From positions 3,474 through 67,473 of the forward strand of contig CAZCEC010000023.1 in the NCBI GenBank assembly GCA_964497615.1: DNA of 64,000 nucleotides, given 5' to 3'. This DNA comes from an uncultured Anaerolineales bacterium. Lineage in GTDB: Bacteria > Chloroflexota > Anaerolineae > Anaerolineales > UBA6663. A program made the position numbers and the translations under genes. The notes under the pieces are model-generated. The model had not been told where the DNA came from, made no database searches, and was given only the letters and a program-made list of their open reading frames with translations. Of the stretch, positions 8,828-18,605 are shown piece after piece; the first letter of the stretch is position 1, and each line of letters starts with the position of its first letter.

Positions 8828-10654
8828 CTAGCCGGCGGACACGGCGGCGCGCAGTTGCCCGTACTCGGCGATGGCTTCAAGCGATTGGTGGCGGAAGTAC
8901 GTGTTGTACAGCTCGGCGTAGTGGCCGCCCTGGGCCAGCAGGTCCTGATGGCTGCCCTGCTCGATGATGCGCCCCTGGCGCAGGACGATGATGCGGTGGG
9001 CGTTGCGCACGGTGGACAGGCGGTGGGCGATGATGATGGCGGTGCTCTGCCCGAGGATCAGGTCGAGCGCTTCCTGAATCTGCTCCTCGGTGAAGGGGTC
9101 CACGCTGGCGGTGGCTTCGTCCAGGATGAAGATAGGGGGCTTCTGAACCAGGACTCGCATCAGGGCGACGAGTTGGCGCTGGCCCATGGATAGGCGGCCG
9201 CCGCGCTCGCCGACGTCGGTGGCCAGGCCGTTGGGCAGGGTGGCCAGCCAGTCGCCGCGGCCGATCTGCCGGGCCAGGGCTTCGATCTCCGCGTCGGTGG
9301 TGGCGGGCCGGGCATAGCGGATGTTGTCGGCCACGGTGCCGGCAAATAGAAACGGCATCTGCGAGACAATGCCCAGCCGGCTGCGGTAGTCGCGCAGGTT
9401 GAAAGTGCGGATGTCACGGCCGTCAATCAGCAGCCGGCCAGACTGGTACTCGTAGAAGCGCGCGATGAGCTTGGCGAGCGAGCTCTTGCCCGCGCCGGTG
9501 TGCCCCACCAGGGCCACCGTCTCGCCGGGCTGGATGTGGAGGTTGAAGCCGCTGAGGACGGTCTCCTGCTCGGAGTAGCGGAAGCCCAGGTCCTGGAACT
9601 CGATCTCGCCGCTCAGCGCGGTGACAGGCTCGGCGGCGATCTGCTTGACGACCGGCTGGGCGTCGATGAGGGCGAAGACGCGCTCGGTGGCCGACAGGCC
9701 CGCCTGCAACTGGCTCCAGAAGGACGCCAATTGGAGGAAGGGGAAGTAGAAGCGGTCCACACTCTGGAGGAAGAGATACCAAGAGCCGGGGGAGATAGCG
9801 CCCGCGCCCGCCACCAGACCGCCCAGATAGACGAGCATGGCAATGGCGGCGCCGGAGATGAGGTTGAGCACCGGGAACACGTTGGAGATGACGAAGCCGC
9901 GGCGGACGTTGATGGTGTAGAGCTGCCGGTTGACGCCGGTGAACTCGTTGAAGATCACGGCCTCCTGCCGGAAGTTCTTGGCGACGGCGATGCCGGCGAT
10001 GGTCTCCTGGACAGCCGCGTTGACGTTGGCGGTGGCGCGGTTGCCCTGGCGGGTGACGTAGCGGGCCAGCCGCCGGAAGAGATTGGCACCGAGGACCACC
10101 AGGGGGGTGGTGGCGAGCAGGGCCAGGGTCAGGCGCCACTCGATGCTGAACAGCACGGCGGTGAGCAGCACGATGACGGTCATCTGGCTGACCGTATCCA
10201 CCACCAGGGTGCTGACGTTGGCAAACTCCTGAGTGTCGGAGGTGATGCGGCTGACGACGCGGCCCGAGCGGAACTCGTCGTAGAACGATAGGTCGTGGGC
10301 CATCGTGGCGCGGAAGGCGTCGCGCCGCAGCGCAAAGACGATATCGCCGATGACGCGGGCGGTGAGGCGGCGGCGCAGGAAGTGGACGATCCAGCCCAGC
10401 ACGCCCGTGACGAGCACCAGCACCAGCAGGCCAATCAGCAGGTTGGGGCGGGGCGCCTCGGCCAGGGCGTTGATGCCCCGCGAAATGGCGAGCGGGAAAA
10501 CCACATCCAGCGCGCCGGTGAGGGCCAGGCCGCCCGCCACCAGCGCCAGGGCGCGGCCGTGCGGCCGGAAGTAGGTGCCGAGCCGGGCCAGCAACTGCCG
10601 GTCGGTGTAGGTGCGGTCGTAGGCTTCGGGGTCTAGATTACCAAAGAAGGCCAT
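8828..10654 (-). CDS. ABC transporter permease/ATP-binding protein (type I exporter, MsbA/MdlB-like), subunit B of a heterodimeric pair
   Basis: 608 aa. There is an N-terminal 6-TM domain. Walker A is GHTGAGKSS, the signature is LSMGQRQ, and Walker B is ILDEATASVD. Confidence 0.9.
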   Translation of the reverse strand: MAFFGNLDPEAYDRTYTDRQLLARLGTYFRPHGRALALVAGGLALTGALDVVFPLAISRGINALAEAPRPNLLIGLLVLVLVTGVLGWIVHFLRRRLTARVIGDIVFALRRDAFRATMAHDLSFYDEFRSGRVVSRITSDTQEFANVSTLVVDTVSQMTVIVLLTAVLFSIEWRLTLALLATTPLVVLGANLFRRLARYVTRQGNRATANVNAAVQETIAGIAVAKNFRQEAVIFNEFTGVNRQLYTINVRRGFVISNVFPVLNLISGAAIAMLVYLGGLVAGAGAISPGSWYLFLQSVDRFYFPFLQLASFWSQLQAGLSATERVFALIDAQPVVKQIAAEPVTALSGEIEFQDLGFRYSEQETVLSGFNLHIQPGETVALVGHTGAGKSSLAKLIARFYEYQSGRLLIDGRDIRTFNLRDYRSRLGIVSQMPFLFAGTVADNIRYARPATTDAEIEALARQIGRGDWLATLPNGLATDVGERGGRLSMGQRQLVALMRVLVQKPPIFILDEATASVDPFTEEQIQEALDLILGQSTAIIIAHRLSTVRNAHRIIVLRQGRIIEQGSHQDLLAQGGHYAELYNTYFRHQSLEAIAEYGQLRAAVSAG

Positions 10655-10657
10655 CGG

Positions 10658-12448
10658 TCAGTTGGCAACGGGCTGAGGCTGGAGCCGCAGCCGCTCCTTG
10701 CGGGCAAATATCGCCTGATAGGCGGGCGACCGGGCCAGCAAATCATCATGGGTCCCCACGGCGGCGATGCGGCCCTGGCGCAGGACGACGATCTGATCGG
10801 CCCAGCGGATTTGAGACAGCCGGTGGGTGATGAGCAGGGTGGTGCGGCCCTCGGCCGCGCGGAAGATGGCCTTCTGAATCTGGTCCTCGGTGGCGCTGTC
10901 GATGGCGGAAGTCGAGTCGTCCAGGATAAGGATGCGCGGGTTGGTGAGGAAGGCGCGGGCCAGGGCCAGGCGCTGGCGCTGGCCGCCGGAGAGGGTCACG
11001 CCGCGCTCGCCGACGACGGTCTGGTAGCCGTCCTTGAAGCCGAGGATGAAGTCGTGGGCCTGGGCGGCGCGCGCGGCGGCTTCGATCTCGGCTTGCGTTG
11101 CGCCGGGCTTGCCAAAGGCGATGTTCTCGGCGATGGTGCGCGAGAAGAGGAACAGGTCCTGCTCGATGATGGAGATTTGCTGGCGCAGGGAGGCCAGGTT
11201 CCAGTCGCGCACGTCCACCCCATCCACCAGCACCGCGCCCTGCGTCACGTCGTAGATGCGGCTGACGAGGCGCACCAGGGTGGTCTTGCCCGCGCCGGTC
11301 TGCCCAACGATGGCGACAGTCTGGCCGGGCTGGACGGTGAAGGCGATGTCGTCCAAGACGGGCGCGCCCCCGGCATAGCCGAAGCTAACGTCCCTGAAAG
11401 CGATGGCGCCCTGGATGGGGCGGTCCACACCCTGGGGATTGTGGTCGAGCTCGGTTTCGGTGTTGATCAGCTCCAGGATGCGGCGGGCGCTCGCCAGGCC
11501 CAGCGAGACCTGCGAGTAGGCAAAGATTGAGATGTGGGACGGAAAGCCATAGAGCCAGAGCAGCGAGTTGTAGGTGATCACCTGCGGCACGGTGAGCGCG
11601 CCCTGGGTGAACAGGTACAGGGCATGGCCGAAGCCAAGCGTGAGGGTGATCGGAAGTAATAGCAGAGTGAGCGAGCGCGACTCGGCCGCGCCCTGGGCCA
11701 CGTAGGCGTCGCGGTAGGCACCGGCATTGCGCTCGAACTCGGCGGCCTCCTCTGCCTCGCGGGCCGCGCCCTTGACGGTCTCGATGCCCTCGATGGCCTC
11801 GGCCAGCCGGGCGTTCATGCGGCCAAACCGCCGCCGGGCGCCCTGGGTGATGGGACCCAACTCCCGGATCAAGCGGCGGAGGGCCAGGACGTAACCGATG
11901 GTGAACAGGATCGGCACCAGGATGAGGGACGGGTGGAGCGTGGGGCCGATGAACAGGGGCATGATGACGAACATGGCCGAGCCGACGATGAGGTTGACGC
12001 CGGGGTTGAGCATCAGGCCCAGCTCGCGCACGTCGTTGGTGGCGCGGGCCATCACCTCGCCGACCGGGCGCAGGCTGTGGAAGGTCATGCTCTTGCCCAG
12101 CAGGCTGGCGTACAGCTCGGCGCGGACGTCGCGCTCCAGCCGCTGGCCGATGACTTCCGAGCCGAAGTTGCGGCCCATCTGCCAGGCGGAGCGGATGAAC
12201 TGGGTGATGACGATGCCCAGCGCGGCCCGCACCAGGCCCCCATAGTCGGGCGGGGTGGCCAGAATGGCGGTAAAGGCCTGGCCGATGTAGAGCGGGACCG
12301 AGGCGGCAAAGGCGGCGTTGGTGAAGGCGCCCGAGAACAGCCAGAACAGGGGCCAGGTGTGGCGCAGCATGTGCGACAGCACCCAGCGCAGCGGCGAGCG
12401 GCGGTTGCCGGTGAAGACGTTGGAGACCTGGAATTCGGTCGCAGCCAT
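10658..12448 (-). CDS. ABC transporter permease/ATP-binding protein (type I exporter), subunit A of a heterodimeric pair
   Basis: The true start is [17 protein letters not shown]. Its ATG at 12446-12448 overlaps the map stop (TAATG). The 743-aa ORF extension is an overlap artefact. Walker A is GQTGAGKTT, the signature is LSGGQRQR, and Walker B is [10 protein letters not shown]. It is 3 nt upstream of the second half-transporter. Confidence 0.9.
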   Translation of the reverse strand: MAATEFQVSNVFTGNRRSPLRWVLSHMLRHTWPLFWLFSGAFTNAAFAASVPLYIGQAFTAILATPPDYGGLVRAALGIVITQFIRSAWQMGRNFGSEVIGQRLERDVRAELYASLLGKSMTFHSLRPVGEVMARATNDVRELGLMLNPGVNLIVGSAMFVIMPLFIGPTLHPSLILVPILFTIGYVLALRRLIRELGPITQGARRRFGRMNARLAEAIEGIETVKGAAREAEEAAEFERNAGAYRDAYVAQGAAESRSLTLLLLPITLTLGFGHALYLFTQGALTVPQVITYNSLLWLYGFPSHISIFAYSQVSLGLASARRILELINTETELDHNPQGVDRPIQGAIAFRDVSFGYAGGAPVLDDIAFTVQPGQTVAIVGQTGAGKTTLVRLVSRIYDVTQGAVLVDGVDVRDWNLASLRQQISIIEQDLFLFSRTIAENIAFGKPGATQAEIEAAARAAQAHDFILGFKDGYQTVVGERGVTLSGGQRQRLALARAFLTNPRILILDDSTSAIDSATEDQIQKAIFRAAEGRTTLLITHRLSQIRWADQIVVLRQGRIAAVGTHDDLLARSPAYQAIFARKERLRLQPQPVAN

Positions 12449-13218
12449 TACAGCTTGGAAAGTATCTCTGGCCCGTCGGGCGTGATGGCGATGGTGTGCT
12501 CGAATTGGGCCGAGAGCGCGCCGTCGCGGGTGACCACCGTCCAGCCGTCGCGCAGCAGCACCCAGTCCGGCCCGCCCGCGTTGATCATCGGCTCGACCGT
12601 GAAGACCATACCGGGGCGGAGCTTGGGGCCGCGCCCGGCGGGGCCGCGATGCGGGACGGAGGGGTCCTCGTGCAGGGAGCGGCCAATCCCGTGCCCGCCC
12701 CAATCGTAGACCACGCTGCACCCATGGCGCTCGGCGTACGCCTGGATGGCGGCGCCGACATCCGATAAATGCCGGCCCACCTGGGCGGCGGCGATGCCTT
12801 CGGCACGGGCGCCCTGGGCCACCTCCAGCAGGCGGGCGGCGGCCGACGACGGCGTGCCGACGGCGTAGGTCACGCACGAGTCGCCGCACCAGCCTTTGTA
12901 GGTGAGGCCAATATCAATGCCCACGATGTCGCCCTCGCGCAAAACGCGCTGGTTGGGAAAGCCGTGGCAAATCTCGTTGTTGACCGAGGCGCAGATGACG
13001 CCCGGGAACGGCGGATGGGTGGGCGGGCGGCCACGATAGCCTTTATACAGGGGCTGAGCGCCCTCCGCCGCCAGGAAGCCAGCCACCAAATCATCCAGCT
13101 CGCGCAGGGAAACGCCGGGCCGGACGTGCTCGTCGAGCATGGCGAAGGCGCGGGCGACGAGCTGCCCGGAGGCGCGCAGGGCGTCAAGTTGCTGGGCGTG
13201 TTTGAGCAGAATGGCCAC
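12448..13218 (-). CDS. map: type I methionine aminopeptidase
   Basis: 256 aa. It contains CHGFP...GDIV.IDIG (metal ligands) and the HTI..T signature. Its stop is fused to the downstream ABC gene start. Confidence 0.95.
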   Translation of the reverse strand: MAILLKHAQQLDALRASGQLVARAFAMLDEHVRPGVSLRELDDLVAGFLAAEGAQPLYKGYRGRPPTHPPFPGVICASVNNEICHGFPNQRVLREGDIVGIDIGLTYKGWCGDSCVTYAVGTPSSAAARLLEVAQGARAEGIAAAQVGRHLSDVGAAIQAYAERHGCSVVYDWGGHGIGRSLHEDPSVPHRGPAGRGPKLRPGMVFTVEPMINAGGPDWVLLRDGWTVVTRDGALSAQFEHTIAITPDGPEILSKL

Positions 13219-13413
13219 GGTGGTTACAAAGACGACGGCCGGGAGAAGAGACCCGGCCGGCCTCGGACAGCCTGGCTAGTATACCAAGTTTGACGCCGAG
13301 GGGGGATTGGACGAAAGGACAGGGGCCGACCTACCCCCCCCTCTGCCCCCTGCCCCCACTCCGCTTCGCTGCGGGGGCCATGGCCTGCCAGGGAAGGGGG
13401 AGCGAAGCGCAGA

Positions 13414-13983
13414 TCATTCGCGGGCGAGGCCGGCGAAGTAAGCGTGGAAGCGGTCATCCCCGGTCAGCTCGGGATGAAATGAAGTGGCCAACAGCCGGCC
13501 CTGCTGGGCGGCGACGATGCGGCCATCGGGCAAACGGGCCAACACCGCGACGCCAGGGCCGGCACTCTCGATGAGCGGGGCACGGATGAAGACGGCGTGA
13601 AACGGCCGCTCACCGGGCAGTGCGGGCACGTCCAGGTCCGTTTCAAAGCTATCCACCTGGCGGCCAAAGGCGTTGCGCTCGACAGTCAGGTCCATCAGCC
13701 CGAGCAGGGGCTGGTCGCGCCGGGCGTCGCGCGAGAGGAGGATGGCGCCGGCGCAGGTGCCCCAGATGGGCCGGCGCTGGGCCAGTTCGCGAATCGGGTC
13801 CAGCAGATCGTACTTGACCGCCAGCTTGCCAATGGTGGTGGATTCGCCCCCCGGGATGATCAGGCCATCCACGCCGTCAAGGTCGCGCGGCCAGCGGACC
13901 TCGACGGCGGTATGCCCCAGGCGGCGCAGCACAGCGGCGTGCTCGGCAAAGTCGCCCTGGAGGGCGAGGACGCCAAAGTTCAT
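13414..13983 (-). CDS. pdxT: pyridoxal 5'-phosphate synthase glutaminase subunit PdxT
   Basis: 189 aa. It begins [15 protein letters not shown] and has the IIPGGESTT motif, a class I GATase. It lies directly downstream of pdxS. Confidence 0.95.
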   Translation of the reverse strand: MNFGVLALQGDFAEHAAVLRRLGHTAVEVRWPRDLDGVDGLIIPGGESTTIGKLAVKYDLLDPIRELAQRRPIWGTCAGAILLSRDARRDQPLLGLMDLTVERNAFGRQVDSFETDLDVPALPGERPFHAVFIRAPLIESAGPGVAVLARLPDGRIVAAQQGRLLATSFHPELTGDDRFHAYFAGLARE

Positions 13984-14022
13984 CAGAACGTTGAAACGCT
14001 ACAACGTTAGGACGTTCGCGAA

Positions 14023-14916
14023 CTACCAGCCCCGCACAGCCAGCATCTCCGTCTCCGGCAGGCTGGCGGCCGAGCGGCCCACCATCGGCTCGCCCAGGTT
14101 GCGGCTCACTTCGGCCAGCAGCTTGGCGTCGCGGAAGTGGGTGGTGGCCTCGACAATGGCCTTGGCGCGGCGCGCAGGGTCGCCGGACTTGAAGATGCCG
14201 GAGCCGACGAAGACGCCGTCCACGCCCAACTGCATCATCAGCGCGGCGTCGGCGGGCGTGGCGATGCCGCCGGCAGCGAAGTTGACGACAGGCAGGCGGC
14301 CCAGGGACTTGGTCTCCCGGACCAGCTCATAGGGGGCCTGGATGTCCTTGGCGTAAGCCATCAACTCGGCGTCGTCCATCGTGGTCAGGCGGCGGATTTC
14401 GCCCAGGACCGAGCGGGCGTGGCGCACGGCTTCGACCACGTCGCCGGTACCGGCCTCGCCCTTGGTGCGGATCATGGCGGCGCCTTCGCCGACGCGGCGC
14501 AAAGCCTCGCCCAGGTTGCGGCAGCCGCAGACGAACGGCACCTTGAAGTTGTGCTTGTCCACGTGGTGCTCTTCGTCGGCGGGGGTGAGGACTTCGGACT
14601 CGTCAATGTAGTCCACGCCGAGGGCTTCCAGGATTTGGGCTTCGACGAAGTGGCCGATACGGCACTTGGCCATGACCGGGATGGTGACGGCCTCGATGAT
14701 GGCGCTGATGACCTCGGGGTCGCTCATGCGGGCCACGCCGCCGTGGGCGCGAATGTCGGCCGGGACGCGCTCCAGGGCCATGACGGCGACGGCGCCGGCA
14801 TCTTCGGCAATGCGGGCCTGCTCGGCGGTGACGACATCCATGATGACGCCGCCCTTGAGCATTTGCGCCAGCCCGCGCTTGAGGGCGACGGTTCCAACCT
14901 GCTTATCTTGTTCCAT
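14023..14916 (-). CDS. pdxS: pyridoxal 5'-phosphate synthase lyase subunit PdxS
   Basis: 297 aa. It contains GGVIMDV and [10 protein letters not shown], which are highly conserved PdxS/SNZ sequence. Confidence 0.95.
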   Translation of the reverse strand: MEQDKQVGTVALKRGLAQMLKGGVIMDVVTAEQARIAEDAGAVAVMALERVPADIRAHGGVARMSDPEVISAIIEAVTIPVMAKCRIGHFVEAQILEALGVDYIDESEVLTPADEEHHVDKHNFKVPFVCGCRNLGEALRRVGEGAAMIRTKGEAGTGDVVEAVRHARSVLGEIRRLTTMDDAELMAYAKDIQAPYELVRETKSLGRLPVVNFAAGGIATPADAALMMQLGVDGVFVGSGIFKSGDPARRAKAIVEATTHFRDAKLLAEVSRNLGEPMVGRSAASLPETEMLAVRGW

Positions 14917-15050
14917 GAATCAGCCTCCTGCGCGCCGCGCGGATAGAACGGCGCGTTAAAACGAGAGAATTCGGTGTTGCCGACTCCGATTGTACCACCG
15001 AGGGATGGGGGCTGGGGAGGGGAGGCGGCCGAATATTGTTCGGCGGGGAG

Positions 15051-17153
15051 CTATAGGCCGCACGCGACGGCGGCGAAGTTGACGTTGCTGATGGTGGCCG
15101 GGCCGAAAGCCGACCGCATTTCCAGGGTGTCGGCAAACACCATATAGCCGGCGGACATATTGGCGGGCAGCCGCAGCGTGACAGGCGAGCCGACGACGAT
15201 GAGCACCCAGCCATTGTTCTCGCGATCGATTGTCCAGTCTTCCAGCGCGCCGCCAAACAGCTCCACCGCTTCGCCCGGCGTTTCGGGGCAACTGGCGGCC
15301 GGCGGCCCCTCGTTGGAGACGCTGGGCGTGGGGACATTCAGGACAGTCAGCCCATCTGGCACCAGGTCGCGGGCCCAGTCCGGCAGGCCATCGGGCGGCA
15401 GGCCCTGGGTGGCGCGGGCGTCGGCGGTGGCCTGGACCGCGGCGGGTTCCAGGGTGGCGGTGGGCGGGAACAGCACGCCATACAACTCCGAGGTGGGCCC
15501 GGGCGTGGGGGTAGAGCCGTTGGCGAATTCGATATCGCCGGGGACGATGCGGTTGATGATGTCAATGATGACGCTGTAACGGCGCGTGGGCGTGAGCGTG
15601 GGCCCGCCGGGGGTGACGGTGGGACCGGACACCGCGGCGGTGAGCGCCGCTGGATCAACCGGCGTCAGTGCCCCCGCCGAAGAGATGATCCAGCCGCCCA
15701 GGATGATCAGCGCCACGAGCAGGAAGCCGCCTCCGCCCACCATGATGAAGGCGCGGCGATGCCGCTGGCGGCGGTGGTCTTCCTCGGCCTGGATAGAGGC
15801 GACGGCAGCAGTAACCTCGGCCGCCGAGGCGCCGGTGCGCTCCAGGGTCGCGCGAATGAGGGGCAGCGGATTGCCAAGCTCATAGAGTTGGAGGGCGCGG
15901 GCGGCGAGGTCGTCGGCCCGGGTTGATGGGGCGGTCGTAGCCCCGCTGGCGGGGGCGGCGGGCGGGGGTTCGACCTCGGCCTGGGCCGCAGCCAGCCCTG
16001 GCGCGGCAGGCTCTTCGGCGCGCATTTCCGCCGCGGCGGGGTTGGCAGGCTCGTCGATTTCCGGCTCGCCATAGAGCAGGGCCTGAATGGATGGCGGCAG
16101 GTCGGCCGGGGCGTTGGGGCCGGCAGGAGGCGAGGCAGTGAATGCCCCGGCTGCGGTGGGCGCGGGTTCGCGCTCGGCTGGCGCGAGATCGGACGGCGGG
16201 GCAGTGAAGGCCGCATTTGCGGGCGGGGAGGGCGGCGGTTCAGGTTCCAGCGCGGCGGTCACAGGCTTGGGCGGCGGGGCAGTGAATGCCCCGGCTACGG
16301 CGGGCGCGGGTTCAGATGCTGCCGATTCCGCCTCGGCGGGGACGAGGCCGAGTAGAAGTTGGGCCACTGCGTCCACATCGCCGGAGGCGCGAGGCGCGAC
16401 GGCCTCCAGTTCGGCGAACAGGTCGGCAGACTCGGCGCCGTCGGATTGTTCTGGGCCGGCAGCTTCGGCTTCTGCCGCCAGGGGTCGCGGCGGCTCAGCG
16501 GGCACCGGGGTGGCGGACGCCTGATCGCGGGGGGCGTCCGGGTTGCGCAAGGGCCAGGTAACTTTTCGTTTGACCGGCGCGGGCGCTGCGGGCGCAGGTT
16601 CAACGGGAGAGTCCGGCCGGCGTAGAGGCCGCGTTCCCACTCTGCGGGCCGGTTCGGACGCGCTGGATGGAGGGGCCGGCTCAGGCCCGGCCGCGGCAGC
16701 GCCATTGGCCGGCTCGCTGGGCAGGTGGCTGGCGGCTGGCGTGGTTGTCGCGGGTTCGCTCTCCGCGGCGGGTGGGGCGGGCATCTCCACCGTGAGTTCC
16801 GGCGAAAGGTCCGGGGCAGGTGCGGGTTCATCCGGGAGGGACGGTTCAGGGGCAGGCGCGGCAGCGGCCGGCGCCAGGGCCGCCTCCACGATGGCGGGCA
16901 GGTCGGCGGGGAGAAGCCAGACGCCCAGGAGCGCGGGATGCGCCGGGCCGAGGCTAGGGGGCAGCTTGATCAGCCGGATGTTGCTGCCGCCGGCCTCAAC
17001 TTCGAACGCGGAGGCGCAGGCGCCGCAGCGGAGATGGTCGGGGATGATGGCCTGATGGACAACCGTGAGCCGCCCGTGCACCTGGCAGACTGGACAGCGG
17101 CCCCGGCCGGTCCATTCGTCGGGAAGGCGGAAGCGCGGAGTGATCGGGTTCAA
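15051..17153 (-). CDS. hypothetical membrane protein. Domain order: N-terminal Zn-ribbon (CPVC...CGAC), long Pro/Ala/Glu-rich low-complexity region with internal AGAFTAPP repeats, single TM, extracytoplasmic C-terminal domain (anti-sigma-factor-like architecture)
   Basis: 700 aa. The TM helix is FIMVGGGGFLLVALIILGGWIISSAG. Its start is 8 nt from the stop of the upstream FtsX gene. DNA repeats at about 16130-16300 encode the repeated motif. Confidence 0.6.
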   Translation of the reverse strand: MNPITPRFRLPDEWTGRGRCPVCQVHGRLTVVHQAIIPDHLRCGACASAFEVEAGGSNIRLIKLPPSLGPAHPALLGVWLLPADLPAIVEAALAPAAAAPAPEPSLPDEPAPAPDLSPELTVEMPAPPAAESEPATTTPAASHLPSEPANGAAAAGPEPAPPSSASEPARRVGTRPLRRPDSPVEPAPAAPAPVKRKVTWPLRNPDAPRDQASATPVPAEPPRPLAAEAEAAGPEQSDGAESADLFAELEAVAPRASGDVDAVAQLLLGLVPAEAESAASEPAPAVAGAFTAPPPKPVTAALEPEPPPSPPANAAFTAPPSDLAPAEREPAPTAAGAFTASPPAGPNAPADLPPSIQALLYGEPEIDEPANPAAAEMRAEEPAAPGLAAAQAEVEPPPAAPASGATTAPSTRADDLAARALQLYELGNPLPLIRATLERTGASAAEVTAAVASIQAEEDHRRQRHRRAFIMVGGGGFLLVALIILGGWIISSAGALTPVDPAALTAAVSGPTVTPGGPTLTPTRRYSVIIDIINRIVPGDIEFANGSTPTPGPTSELYGVLFPPTATLEPAAVQATADARATQGLPPDGLPDWARDLVPDGLTVLNVPTPSVSNEGPPAASCPETPGEAVELFGGALEDWTIDRENNGWVLIVVGSPVTLRLPANMSAGYMVFADTLEMRSAFGPATISNVNFAAVACGL

Positions 17154-17160
17154 GCGCCGG

Positions 17161-18483
17161 TCATTCGTACTTGAGCGCCGAAACCGGGACCAGGGTAGCG
17201 GCGCGCAGGGCCGGATACAGGCCCGAGATCAGGCCGATCAAGGTGGCAAAGACAATCGAGAACACAGGCAGCCAGGCCGGCGTAAAGACGGCATCGGTGG
17301 GCGGCGGGGTGCCATTCTGGAGGGCTTGCCCGGCCAGGTAGGCCACCACCAGGACGTTGATGATCTGCCCCAGGCTCCAGCCGACGGCCACACCGCCCAG
17401 GCCGCCCAGGAAGCCGATGCCGGCCGCCTCGCCCAGGAAGACGCTCAGCACGTCGCGGTTGGTGGCGCCCACCGCCTTCATCAGACCGATCTCGCGCGTG
17501 CGCTCCAAGATCGCCATGGTCATGGTGTTGGCGATGCCGATGGCGGCCACGAGCAGGGCAATGGCGCCCACGCCGCCGAAGACGAATTGCAGGACGACGT
17601 AGAAGCCGTTGATGCCTTCGACGAACGACTGCGGGGTGTAGGCCTGGAAGCCGAGGGTGTTGATCTGATCGGCCACCTCCAGCACGTCGCTCACGTCGCC
17701 CACCTTGACGATGGCTGAGGTGTAGCCGTCCACGTCGCGGTTAATGCGCTTGCCCAAGAACCACTCGTTGAAGGCGGTCACGTCGTCCAGCGACATGTAG
17801 ATGGACCAGTCGGACTCGCCGCGCGACTCGGCCATGACGCCGACAACCTTGACCAGGACGGTCTTGCGGATTTCGACGCCGTCGTTGGAATACTTGATCA
17901 GGGTGAGCTTAAGCGTCTGATCGAGCAGTTCGGGCGGCGGCGGGGTTTCCTGGCCGGGGCGCGGGCGGGGGTCGTAGAACTGCTGCGGGACGCTGTAGCC
18001 GATGACGGCGGTGCCGCGAGCCAGGGCCAGGGTGCCGCCCTGCGCCGTGACGCCGAGCGCGGACACGTCCTCAGCGCCCAGGCCGAGAATTTGGCCCCAG
18101 CCTTCCAGCCGGCCGTAGTTGATCAACAGGCCGCCGTTGAGGTAGTCGCGGGCGATGACGGCCGAGACGCCGGGCAAGGCCGCAAACTGCGCCAGGGCGT
18201 CGTCGTTGATGGGCTGCTGGATGCCGGGGTTGAAACCGCCGCCCCCGCCCCCGCCGAAAGATACAATTGGGCCTTCGCCGTAGATGGGGTTGACGTCGAT
18301 GCGCGTCAGGTCGCCGATGTTGCCAAGCTGCTCGTTGGCGTTGCGCTGAAGGCCAAAACCCAGGGAAACCAGGATGACGACGGCGGCGGTGCCGATGACG
18401 ACGCCGACAGCGGTGAGCGCCACTCGGGCCTTGCGGCGGTTGAGGTTTTCGAAGATCAGGGCGACGAGGTCGGAAATGTGCAT
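17161..18483 (-). CDS. ABC transporter permease, FtsX/MacB-like family
   Basis: 440 aa. There is an N-terminal TM helix, a large periplasmic domain and 3 C-terminal TM helices with FtsX-fold motifs (MKAVGA..RDVLSVFLGEA). Confidence 0.85.
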   Translation of the reverse strand: MHISDLVALIFENLNRRKARVALTAVGVVIGTAAVVILVSLGFGLQRNANEQLGNIGDLTRIDVNPIYGEGPIVSFGGGGGGGFNPGIQQPINDDALAQFAALPGVSAVIARDYLNGGLLINYGRLEGWGQILGLGAEDVSALGVTAQGGTLALARGTAVIGYSVPQQFYDPRPRPGQETPPPPELLDQTLKLTLIKYSNDGVEIRKTVLVKVVGVMAESRGESDWSIYMSLDDVTAFNEWFLGKRINRDVDGYTSAIVKVGDVSDVLEVADQINTLGFQAYTPQSFVEGINGFYVVLQFVFGGVGAIALLVAAIGIANTMTMAILERTREIGLMKAVGATNRDVLSVFLGEAAGIGFLGGLGGVAVGWSLGQIINVLVVAYLAGQALQNGTPPPTDAVFTPAWLPVFSIVFATLIGLISGLYPALRAATLVPVSALKYE

Positions 18484-18605
18484 GGCACGCCCACCAGTTC
18501 AGGTCTTTTGGGACAGGGAGACGGGAAACGTGAGTTTTTGGTTAGAGACAATCAATATTGTACTCTATTTGTAAAACGGCGCGAAGGGCAGGGTTGTTCC
18601 AAACC

